Assembly (NCBI GenBank): GCA_965248835.1
Contig: CBDFLJ010000001.1
Coordinates: 224,001-288,000, forward strand
Origin: Alphaproteobacteria bacterium
GTDB taxonomy: Bacteria; Pseudomonadota; Alphaproteobacteria; MPNO01
Direction of reading: 5' to 3'
Length of the DNA: 64,000 nucleotides
Every line of letters starts with the position of its first letter. The first letter of the stretch is position 1. The position numbers and the translations under genes are program-made. Positions 10,209 through 18,827 of this stretch are shown piece by piece. The notes under the pieces are model-generated. The model made no database searches. It worked only from the letters and a program-made list of their open reading frames with translations, and was not told the DNA's origin.

Positions 10209-11420
10209 TCAATGCACCGGTGTATGCCCGAGGCCGAACGGATCCGCCGGGTCGCGGCCCATGCGGCGGCTCCATTCGGTGAAGTAGTTGCGCAAGGGGA
10301 TGTCGTCCTGGCCGCGTTCGTCTTCCTCACGCGCGTGAATACTGAAAACCGAGCTGCCGTCACGCATGGTCACCATCTGGATTTCGGACGCGACATTGTC
10401 CTCTGGGAGATTTCGGCCAAACGGTCCCCAGATCTCGTTGTGGTGGCGAATGCGCATTTCGCGGTCGTCCTTGGTCTCCCCCTTGATGCCGAGTGCGCGG
10501 TATTCAACGATGGTGCGTGTCGGACCGAGGGGGATGACGCAATCAACCCGGGCAACGGTCGTTCGCACATTGACCATGACGTCGGGGAAAATATTGACCA
10601 GCCGCCACTCGTCCGCCGCCAGGCCGGGGAACGGTCCGTGTGTCCGGCTCTCGCCCGCCTTGCCCCCGCGCGCAAGCTTGTAGTCCGGCGAAAACGATTC
10701 GAGGAACGAGTGTCCCCGCGGCCGAGGGCGGATGCGACGTGCCATGTAGTTTGGCTGGCTCATGTTTGTCTTTACGTTATAGACGTGCATGCCCTCGTGA
10801 TACGGCTCCAGGTTGGTCAGCTGCCATAGTTTCCAGTTGGTGTTCAAAACGATCCGGTGGAAGTGAATTGGCTCGAGGGTGCGCGTGCCGAGGCACTCCT
10901 CGAGCGAGGCCAGACAACCGCTCAGAAAATCATCGAGCGGCTCGCAATCGTCATCGAGATTGACGAAGACGAAGCCAAGCCGCACCTCGGTCCGCACTTC
11001 GCGGAGCCCCATCGTCTCGGTTGCGACGTCACAATGGTCGTAGGCCTCGCTGCGCGGGATGGCGACACAGTTGCCGCCGCTGTCATAGACCCATTGATGA
11101 AACGGGCAAACCCAGCGGCGCGCATTGCCACGCGGTCGGCGCAGCACCAACGAGCCCCGGTGGGAACAGGCATTCACAAACCCGCGAACCCGACCATCAC
11201 CGTCACGGGAGATGATCAGCGGCGTACCGGCGAGTGTGGTCGTTCGATAGTCGAACGGCTCGGGCAACTCCTGGTCGTGGCAAACGAACTTCCAAACCCG
11301 ATCGAAGATCTTCTCCTTTTCTTCGAGGAAGATTTCCTCGCTGGTGAAGATCGCGTTATCCACGAAATGGCTGGCGGGCAAGCTTGGGGGTTTTGCCCAT
11401 TCGGTTGCCGTTCTGGACAT
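10209..11420 (-). CDS. Rieske non-heme iron oxygenase alpha subunit, MsmA-like (copy 1)
   Basis: CSH-x17-CPFH Rieske motif; NWKLW..TN.EPYHEGMH iron site; HHNEIWGPFGRNLPED. Confidence 0.88.
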   Translation of the reverse strand: MSRTATEWAKPPSLPASHFVDNAIFTSEEIFLEEKEKIFDRVWKFVCHDQELPEPFDYRTTTLAGTPLIISRDGDGRVRGFVNACSHRGSLVLRRPRGNARRWVCPFHQWVYDSGGNCVAIPRSEAYDHCDVATETMGLREVRTEVRLGFVFVNLDDDCEPLDDFLSGCLASLEECLGTRTLEPIHFHRIVLNTNWKLWQLTNLEPYHEGMHVYNVKTNMSQPNYMARRIRPRPRGHSFLESFSPDYKLARGGKAGESRTHGPFPGLAADEWRLVNIFPDVMVNVRTTVARVDCVIPLGPTRTIVEYRALGIKGETKDDREMRIRHHNEIWGPFGRNLPEDNVASEIQMVTMRDGSSVFSIHAREEDERGQDDIPLRNYFTEWSRRMGRDPADPFGLGHTPVH

Positions 11421-11475
11421 ATGCGCCTGTTCCTCTCGTCAGTGGCGACCAACCGCAATACGCTTACCGGTCCCG

Positions 11476-12408
11476 TTATTGGGCCGCGATGCCCGCCCCA
11501 GCCTCGGTGCCGAACACGCCCGCTTCTTCGAGGAGCGATCGCAGCAATGCGCGATCTTCCTCGTCAAGCATTCTGAGCGGCCGCCGCGGCGGGCCGACGG
11601 GTCGACCCAGGATGTCGAGCCCGGTATGGCCCACCCGTATATGCGACTTGGTGCAAATGAGGTCGCAGATCGGGAACAGCCCGTCCCAGATCTCACGGGC
11701 CTTGGCGACATCGTCGTCGTAGATCGCGGCACGGAAGAACGCCATCGCCTCGTCGGGCAGAAAATTGGTCACAACGGGCGCCCAGCCGGTGGCGCCGGCG
11801 CTGAATGCCTGGAGGCTTGTCGATTCCCACCCGGCGATAATGGCGACCCCGTCGTCGGTCAGCCTGCGAATCTCGCTGATCCGCGTGAGATCGCCGGTGC
11901 TTTCCTTCACGCAGCTCATATTCTCGTGCCGCGCAAGCTCGGCGAGAAACTCCGGGGGCATGTCGATGCCGGTAGTCCACGGGTTGTTGTAGACGCAGAT
12001 CGGCAGGCCGATCGCATCGGCGACGCGCTCATAATGCGCGCGCACCTCATCCAGGGTGAGTGGCCAATAGGTCATCGGCAGGATCATCACACCGTCGCAG
12101 CCCACGGCCTCGGCGTGCTGCGACAGCCGCATACAGCCCGATGTCGTGCGCGCGCCGGTGCCCGCGATCACCCCGATGCGCCGGTCCACATGCCGCGCCG
12201 CGACCTCGATGCCGCGCTTCATCTCGTCTTCGGAAAACGAGCCGTTGCCGCCGGTCGAGCCGAACACGCACACCCCGTCCACGCGGTTCTCGATCTGATG
12301 GTCGAGCACGCGGCGCAGGCCGTCTTCATCGATCGCTTCGCCGTCATCCTTAAGCGGCGTCGGGACAAAGGTGAAGACGCGCGACCAAAATTCGTGCTTC
12401 GCTACCAT
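11476..12408 (-). CDS. DapA/NAL-family class I aldolase/lyase
   Basis: PTP...IDE, GSTG, VIAGTGA, VYNNP and Schiff-base VKESTGD motifs. Confidence 0.88.
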   Translation of the reverse strand: MVAKHEFWSRVFTFVPTPLKDDGEAIDEDGLRRVLDHQIENRVDGVCVFGSTGGNGSFSEDEMKRGIEVAARHVDRRIGVIAGTGARTTSGCMRLSQHAEAVGCDGVMILPMTYWPLTLDEVRAHYERVADAIGLPICVYNNPWTTGIDMPPEFLAELARHENMSCVKESTGDLTRISEIRRLTDDGVAIIAGWESTSLQAFSAGATGWAPVVTNFLPDEAMAFFRAAIYDDDVAKAREIWDGLFPICDLICTKSHIRVGHTGLDILGRPVGPPRRPLRMLDEEDRALLRSLLEEAGVFGTEAGAGIAAQ

Positions 12409-12460
12409 GTGCCCCCATCGCAAATATCGGGACGGTGTGGAGCCTGAACCAAAGGAGGCC

Positions 12461-12725
12461 CTAGCAGATTTTATTGATCATTCTAAGCGGCGAACCTGCC
12501 GGGCGCAAGCGCCGGTGCCCGATGGCCTCCCGTTCGATCCTCTCTCTTTTCAGCAGGATGGTCCGGCCCCGCCCGAAATAGAAATCGGCGGGCGTGAGGC
12601 TGCTCAGGCTGTCGTGGTAACGGCGGTGATTGCAATGCTCGACAAAGGCCTCGATCCGAGCCTCGAGGTCCTCAGGCAAATTGTAGTTCTCCAGCAAGAT
12701 CGGCTTCTTCAGGGTCTCGAGAATC
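12461..12725 (-). pseudogene. IS3-like transposase C-terminal remnant
   Basis: TLK..ILLENY.LP.DLEA.IEAFVEH.NHRRYH.SL..LTPAD.YFGRG, an integrase-core tail. Confidence 0.75.
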
Positions 12726-12732
12726 CCGACTT

Positions 12733-12761
12733 TTGACAATAGCTCTTGACAATGTTACAGT
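12733..12761 (+). promoter_or_regulatory. Putative sigma70 promoter of the second Rieske/TRAP operon
   Basis: TTGACA (12733-38), 17 nt spacer, TACAGT (12756-61) with extended -10 TG at 12753-54; a second TTGACAAT copy at 12746. Confidence 0.6.
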
Positions 12762-12836
12762 TGGATCGAATTTGTGTCGTCCCGCGTGATCCTGATGTGC
12801 TCATCGTAAGGCCCTTCCGGGCAGGGAGGACGGTTT

Positions 12837-14048
12837 ATGTCGAGAAACCTTGCCGAGTGGGAGGCGATTCCCGCCCTACCCCACAGCCATTTCGTCGACA
12901 ACGCGATCTACACCGACGAAGCCGTGTTCCGTGAGGAACAGGCGAAGATCTTCGGCAGTATCTGGAAGTTCGTCTGCCACGAGGGCGAGATTCCCGAGCC
13001 CAACGATTTCCGGACCAGTCGGGTCGCGGGCCAGCCGCTGGTCATCGCCCGCGGTGAGGACGGCCAGGTGCGGACATTCATCAACTCTTGTTCGCACCGC
13101 GGAACGGTGGTCGTCACCGAACCCGCAGGCAATGCCAAGCACTGGACGTGCGTGTTTCACCAGTGGGTCTACGACAATCGGGGCACATGCGTCACCATAC
13201 CACGCGACGAGGCATACCAACCATGCGACATCGACCGGTCAAAACTCGGATTGCGCGAGGTGCGGACCGAGGCCCGGTTGGGCCTCGTCTTCGTCAACCT
13301 CGACGACGATGCGGCGCCGCTCGATGAGTTCCTGGGAGATGCGCTCGCTCCGCTGGAGGTGGTCTTCGGCGACCGCCCGCTCGAGCCCTTCCACTACCAC
13401 CGCTGCGTTCTCGACACGAATTGGAAGCTTTGGCAGCTGACCAACACCGAGCCCTACCACGAGTTCATGCACGTCTATAACCGCAAGACGAATCTCTCCC
13501 GGAAGGATTTCTTCGAGCGCGCGTTCACGTGCATGCCGAACGGCCATCTGAGCATCGGCTCGTTCAAGCCCAACTACGCGCGCGGGACCAATTACGGGAC
13601 GGACGAGGCTCGGATGCGGCCACTCCCCGGTCTCCAGCCCGATGAATGGATCATCGTAGACCTGTTCCCCGATGTCATGATCAACGTCCGAACCACGGTG
13701 GCGCGAATCGACTCCCAGATTCCGTTGAGCCCGACCAAGACACTGGTCGAATACCGGGGGCTCGGGATCAAAGGCGAGTCCGAAGAGGACCGCACCATGC
13801 GCATCCGCCATCACAACGACGTTTGGGGGCCGTTCGGGCGCAACCTGCCCGAAGACAACCGCGGAACCGAGTTGCAGATGATGGCGATGCGCGGCGACGC
13901 GATCCCCTACAGTATCCATGCCCGGGAAGAGGGCGGCGTCGGTCAGGACGACAAGCCCGTGCGCGCCTTCTTCGCCGAATGGGGGCGGCTGATGGGGCGC
14001 GATCCGGCAAGCCCGTTCGACGCCGCGCCGGAAGAGCGGGCGTCGTGA
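12837..14048 (+). CDS. Rieske non-heme iron oxygenase alpha subunit, MsmA-like (copy 2)
   Basis: CSH-x17-CVFH; NTEPYHEFMH; HHNDVWGPFGRNLPED; GGAGG RBS; same length (403 aa) and clearly paralogous to 10209..11420. Confidence 0.88.
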   Translation: MSRNLAEWEAIPALPHSHFVDNAIYTDEAVFREEQAKIFGSIWKFVCHEGEIPEPNDFRTSRVAGQPLVIARGEDGQVRTFINSCSHRGTVVVTEPAGNAKHWTCVFHQWVYDNRGTCVTIPRDEAYQPCDIDRSKLGLREVRTEARLGLVFVNLDDDAAPLDEFLGDALAPLEVVFGDRPLEPFHYHRCVLDTNWKLWQLTNTEPYHEFMHVYNRKTNLSRKDFFERAFTCMPNGHLSIGSFKPNYARGTNYGTDEARMRPLPGLQPDEWIIVDLFPDVMINVRTTVARIDSQIPLSPTKTLVEYRGLGIKGESEEDRTMRIRHHNDVWGPFGRNLPEDNRGTELQMMAMRGDAIPYSIHAREEGGVGQDDKPVRAFFAEWGRLMGRDPASPFDAAPEERAS

Positions 14049-14051
14049 TCC

Positions 14052-14510
14052 ATGGCGATCACGCGCGATGCCGTCGCGGAACTCATCTATAGCTCGTGCA
14101 TTCTCCTCGATGAAGAGCGCTACGACGATTGGCTCGATCGCCTGTGTCACCCCGCGTTTCGCTACACCATCACGGCCTATTCGAACGAGATCAAGAGACG
14201 CATGACGTGGCTGGATCACGGGACCGATGCGCTGCGCCACCTATGCACGATGATCCCCGAACACGTGACCTACCACGGGCGCTTCCATCGCCACGCGACC
14301 CTCTACCGTCTTTCTGAGACGGCCGATCGGGCCGAGGCGATCTCCTCGCTCGTCGTCATCCATACCGACCTCGAGGGCGAGTCGCGGTTCTACGCTTCGG
14401 GCCGTTACAACGACACGGTGGATCTTTCGGGCGAGGCGCCTTACCTCCTTGCCCGCAATGTCGATCTGGATACGCGCGTTCTCGATTTCGGTTCGCACCG
14501 ACCATTGTGA
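14052..14510 (+). CDS. Rieske oxygenase beta subunit, MsmB-like (copy 2)
   Basis: Paralog of 9726..10190 (FRYTITAYSNEI, RFHRHATLY, LEGESRFYA). Confidence 0.8.
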   Translation: MAITRDAVAELIYSSCILLDEERYDDWLDRLCHPAFRYTITAYSNEIKRRMTWLDHGTDALRHLCTMIPEHVTYHGRFHRHATLYRLSETADRAEAISSLVVIHTDLEGESRFYASGRYNDTVDLSGEAPYLLARNVDLDTRVLDFGSHRPL

Positions 14511-14609
14511 CAGTGCGGTAGCGCGTGCTTGGCGGAGCTGTCAAATCCACCATTCCAAGTGGAGGCACGGACCACAACAAGACCCAACAGACCTAAGGGA
14601 AGACAACAG

Positions 14610-15608
14610 ATGAAAATCTCACTTGGACACCTCGTTCTTGCAGCCACGGCCGGTTTATTCTCGGCCGACGTGGGATTGCACGCGGTTGCGGCCGAAGTCA
14701 CTCTAAAGTCGCTCTCGGCGGCGCCCCGACATCTCGTCTTCATGAAGCCGATGGACGAGTTCGAGAAGCTCGTCAACAAACGGGGTAAAGGGGTCGTACA
14801 GATCGGCTATCTTGGCGGACCCGAAGCCATACCGACGCCCGAGCAATTCCGCGCCATCAGAACGGGCCTCGTGGACGTCCATGTCGGGCCGAACCAATGG
14901 TTCCAAGGCCAACTCGCGCATTCTCAGGTGTTCAATCCCAGCAACATGTCGGTCGCCGAGCTTCGCGAGGGCGGAGGCTTTGCGGCGATTCAAGCAGCCT
15001 ACCGAAAACACGCCAACCTCGAACTGCTGAACTATTTGGGGGAACCGGTCAGATTCTATCTCTATCTGCGGAAGCCACCCAAGCGGACTCCCGACGGCGG
15101 CATCGACCTGTCCGGTTTGACGATCCGCGGGACCGGTACCGAGAAGGCGTTCCTCCATAAGCTCGGTGCCCTGCATCGAACGATCCAAGTGCCGGAGATG
15201 TACACCGCCCTGGAGCGGGGAGCGATCGACGGGGTCACGTATGTCAACATCGCCGTCACCCAACTCGGGCTTCACAAGTTTTTGAAATATCGGGTTCAGC
15301 CGGTCTTTGCCCAAGGCGATCTGGCCACCAATGTCAACCTCGACCGGTGGAAATCTCTGTCGCGCGAGGCCAAGGCGATCCTCACCCAAGCAGCCCGAGA
15401 TACCGAGACCTGGACCAACGCGTTTTGGGAAAAGATCGCGTCAGAGGAACTCGCTAAGCTGCGCAAGGAGGGGATGCAGGACATCGTTTTGAAGGGCAAA
15501 GTCGCCGAGGCCTATGTCGCAAATTACAGGGATTCGCGCTGGGAAGAGATCGCCAAGAGAATCGGATCCGCAGAGTCCAAGCGCTTTTACGACCTGTTCA
15601 CGAAGTAG
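14610..15608 (+). CDS. dctP: TRAP substrate-binding protein
   Basis: Signal peptide; YLGGPEAIP, DLSGLTIR, EMYTALERGAIDG. Confidence 0.88.
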   Translation: MKISLGHLVLAATAGLFSADVGLHAVAAEVTLKSLSAAPRHLVFMKPMDEFEKLVNKRGKGVVQIGYLGGPEAIPTPEQFRAIRTGLVDVHVGPNQWFQGQLAHSQVFNPSNMSVAELREGGGFAAIQAAYRKHANLELLNYLGEPVRFYLYLRKPPKRTPDGGIDLSGLTIRGTGTEKAFLHKLGALHRTIQVPEMYTALERGAIDGVTYVNIAVTQLGLHKFLKYRVQPVFAQGDLATNVNLDRWKSLSREAKAILTQAARDTETWTNAFWEKIASEELAKLRKEGMQDIVLKGKVAEAYVANYRDSRWEEIAKRIGSAESKRFYDLFTK

Positions 15609-15618
15609 GGATCGTTAA

Positions 15619-16146
15619 TTGGGTGCCAAACAGGTGCGCCGTTTGGCAAGAGTCTATGACGCCGCAATCGTCGCCTCGGCGGTCGTCGCGGGCGCGCTCG
15701 TCGCATTTATCTTTGCTGCAATATTCGTCGACGTGACGGTCCACGCGCTCGGTCTTCAGCCGCCGATCTGGGCAGCGTCGGCGATCGAGTACGCAATGCT
15801 GTATCTGACGATGCTTGCCGCGCCCTGGTTGGTGCGTAAGAAGGCGCATATCGTCATCGATGTGGTCCGGACCCAGGTTTCCGAAACCGTGCAACGGACG
15901 CTCGAGCGCATCGTCTATGTCATCGCGATCATTGCGTGCCTCATATTCACGTATTATGGCGCCGACCTGACCATCGCGACATACGAACGCGGCGAACTCG
16001 ACATCCGGTCATTCGATGTGCCCCGATGGCTACTGTATGCGCCGATGCCGCTCGGGTTTCTGTTGATCGGGATCGAGTTCGTGCGCCTTCTGTTTGGCTC
16101 CGATTCACTCTATCGCGATACGCCCTCGGCAGGCAGCGGTCTATAG
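15619..16146 (+). CDS. dctQ: TRAP small permease
   Basis: Four TM segments; EYAMLYLTML.APWLVR...HI.ID. Confidence 0.88.
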   Translation: MGAKQVRRLARVYDAAIVASAVVAGALVAFIFAAIFVDVTVHALGLQPPIWAASAIEYAMLYLTMLAAPWLVRKKAHIVIDVVRTQVSETVQRTLERIVYVIAIIACLIFTYYGADLTIATYERGELDIRSFDVPRWLLYAPMPLGFLLIGIEFVRLLFGSDSLYRDTPSAGSGL

Positions 16147-16148
16147 AG

Positions 16149-17462
16149 GTGGCGTGGTACGAAGCCGGCGGGCTGATGCTGGGGCTCGTGCTCGCCCAGA
16201 TGGCCATCGGCATGCCGGTCTTTCTCGCCTTCCTCACGACCAATGCGATCGGCGTCATGCTGTTTATGGGCGGGGCGAGCAACTTCGTCCAGCTAATCTC
16301 GAATGCGACCGTGACGGTGACCAGCTTCCTCTTGGTCCCCGTTCCGCTGTTCATCCTCATGGGCGAGATTTTCTTTCACACCGGGCTCGCGCTCCGCGTC
16401 TTCGACGGCGTCGACAAGATGGTCGGTCGCGTACCGGGTCGGTTGTCCTACCTCACGGTCGTCTGCGGCTCGATCTTTGCGACGCTCTCGGGATCGAGTA
16501 TCGCCAGCGGTGCGATGATGGCCTCGATGCTGGTCCCGGAGATGACCAAGCGCGGCTACAGCATCAACCTTTCGGTCGGGCCAATCCTCGGGTCGGGCGG
16601 TCTCGCGATGATCATTCCGCCGTCGGCGCTCGCGGTGCTGCTCGGCAGCCTGGCGCAGATCGACATCGGGAAGCTCCTGATTGCTGGTCTGTTCCCCGGG
16701 ATGATCCTAGGCGGCCTCTACGTCATCAACATCTTCATCCATGTCAAGGTGAATCCGGCCGCAGCACCCGAGTACGACGTCGCGTCAACGCCGATTTTCG
16801 AAAAGCTTCTGACATTCGCCACCAATATCCTGCCGATGGTGGTGATCGTGTTTGCGGTCGTCGGTGTCATCATCTTCGGCATCGCGACGCCGTCGGAATC
16901 GGGTGCGTTCGGGGTCTTCAGCGTTCTTGCGCTCGCTGCCGCCTATCGCCGTCTCAGCGTGGAGGCGATCATCCGCGCCATCAGAGGGACACTCGTCGTC
17001 ACCGCCATGACCTTCATCATCCTCATTGGATCGTCGACGTTCAGCCAAATCTTGGCATTCGCCGGCGCGAGCTCTGGATTGGTGACCTTGGCCGGCGAGC
17101 TTCGCCTCGGTCCCACAGAGATGTTGCTGGTGATGTTCGGCGTGCTGCTCGTGCTCGGCATGTTCGTCGATCAGCTGTCGCAGATGATGCTGACGCTGCC
17201 GATTTTCATGCCGCTGATCGTCGCCTTGGGATTCGATCCGATCTGGTTTGGCGTCGTCATGCTGCTGGCGATGGAAATCAGCCTGATCACGCCGCCGTTC
17301 GGCGTGCTCTTGTTCGTCATGATGGGGGCTGGCCCGCCAGGCGCGACATTGCCCAAGGTCGCCCTCGCTGGACTACCCTATATTGTCTGCGGAATCGTGC
17401 TTCTTGCCCTGTTGATCACGTTTCCCGGGATCGCACTCTATCTGCCGAGACTTGCGGGCTGA
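16149..17462 (+). CDS. dctM: TRAP large permease
   Basis: GGLAMIIPPS, GIATPSESGA, ISLITPPFG; GTG start just after the dctQ stop. Confidence 0.92.
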   Translation: MAWYEAGGLMLGLVLAQMAIGMPVFLAFLTTNAIGVMLFMGGASNFVQLISNATVTVTSFLLVPVPLFILMGEIFFHTGLALRVFDGVDKMVGRVPGRLSYLTVVCGSIFATLSGSSIASGAMMASMLVPEMTKRGYSINLSVGPILGSGGLAMIIPPSALAVLLGSLAQIDIGKLLIAGLFPGMILGGLYVINIFIHVKVNPAAAPEYDVASTPIFEKLLTFATNILPMVVIVFAVVGVIIFGIATPSESGAFGVFSVLALAAAYRRLSVEAIIRAIRGTLVVTAMTFIILIGSSTFSQILAFAGASSGLVTLAGELRLGPTEMLLVMFGVLLVLGMFVDQLSQMMLTLPIFMPLIVALGFDPIWFGVVMLLAMEISLITPPFGVLLFVMMGAGPPGATLPKVALAGLPYIVCGIVLLALLITFPGIALYLPRLAG

Positions 17463-17684
17463 GGCGACCGAGCAAACGGGATCGAGGGACATCTCACACG
17501 CCCCTCGCCGCCGAGCCGCTTCATCTCCCTTTTGCGGCGAAAGCGACCGGCATCGACATGCGGCGGGCGCGGCGGGCGCGATCCGCACGACGGACCGGTA
17601 TGCGGTCTGTGTCATTGGGCACGACATGCCATTGATCGATGAGGAGCATATCGCGTTCAGCGCGCTGTCCAAGCCGATCAGCCC

Positions 17685-17711
17685 GGGCGGCCGGGGCGGC
17701 CGGGGCGGCCG
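17685..17711. repeat. Tandem repeat (GGGCGGCCG)x3
   Basis: Three exact 9-bp copies in the convergent intergenic gap. Confidence 0.8.
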
Positions 17712-17822
17712 GGGGGAACGCAAGAAACGGTTCTTCTTGACGACACTATGAATTCGTTGTCGACACCCGGGCCCCATGGATTCGATATACATGAAAGGGT
17801 ATGCGCCTCGTGCGGTCGCCCT

Positions 17823-18827
17823 TCACTCGCGCCGAGCAATGGCCATGGCGAAGATCAGGATGCCTCCCGTGGCCATATTCTGTGAGTAGGCGCCCACCTG
17901 CATCAGGTTCAGCCCGTTCTGCACCAGCATTATCAGCAATGTGCCCGTTAGCACGGCAAGCGTGCGGCCCTGGCCCCCTGCCAGCGCCACCCCTGAAATA
18001 ACGCAGGCCGCTATGGATTCGAGAGGCAGGCTGGTGCCTATATTTGCCTCGCCTGTTCCCAGCCTGGCCGTCAACAGCAAACCCGAAAGCGCCGCGAAAA
18101 CCCCCGCCATCACGAAAGCCGCCAGGGTAATACGTGCGGTTCTGATGCCCGATAGCTCGGCGGCGCGCGGGTTGCCACCGGCAGCGTAGAGGTGCCGGCC
18201 AAACCGAGTCCATTCCATGACCACATAGGTTATGAGGACTAGAAGCAGCGCAACTATGGCCGGAATGGGAAATCCTGCGACACGACCGAATCCGAAGATT
18301 TCACCCAGCAGCGGAGGCATGCCGTAAACGGGCACACCCCTCGAGACCAACAACGTTACCCCAAAAAGGACCGACCCCATTCCGAGGGTCATCATGAACG
18401 GCGGAATGCGAAGCAAGCTGACCCCTAGCCCATTCATTACGCCTACCATGGTCCCGATGAGTAATCCCACACCCAGCCCGGCCAATAGCGCGAGCGCCGG
18501 CCACGCAGGAAACGCGGCGTATATGGCGACCATCACCGTAGCGCCCATTACCGATGTCAGGGACACCACACTGCCGACGGAAAGATCCATCCCCCCGTTA
18601 ACAATCACAATAAACTGCCCGAGGGAGACGATCAGCAAATACACCGACTGCCGTGCAACATTTGTGAGGTTGTCAACGGTCATAAAGTTCTGCGTCCCGA
18701 CCGAGAACAGGATGAGCGCACCAACGAACATCACGGGAAGCGCGAGCGATTGGCGGTTGTCCAGGATCCAGACAAGCGCCCTGGATGCCCGACGACCGGT
18801 CCCGGTCAATACACTGGAGATGCTCAT
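17823..18827 (-). CDS. Sugar-type (RbsC-like) ABC transporter permease
   Basis: [50 protein letters not shown]. Confidence 0.92.
   Translation of the reverse strand: MSISSVLTGTGRRASRALVWILDNRQSLALPVMFVGALILFSVGTQNFMTVDNLTNVARQSVYLLIVSLGQFIVIVNGGMDLSVGSVVSLTSVMGATVMVAIYAAFPAWPALALLAGLGVGLLIGTMVGVMNGLGVSLLRIPPFMMTLGMGSVLFGVTLLVSRGVPVYGMPPLLGEIFGFGRVAGFPIPAIVALLLVLITYVVMEWTRFGRHLYAAGGNPRAAELSGIRTARITLAAFVMAGVFAALSGLLLTARLGTGEANIGTSLPLESIAACVISGVALAGGQGRTLAVLTGTLLIMLVQNGLNLMQVGAYSQNMATGGILIFAMAIARRE

Noticed and set aside
11476-12408. True lysine-pathway dapA
   Set aside because: GSTGG instead of GTTGE and a catabolic context point to another family member.
17452-17751. 99-aa ORF containing GGRGGRGGRG
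   Set aside because: No recognisable domain or RBS; the motif arises from the 9-bp repeat.
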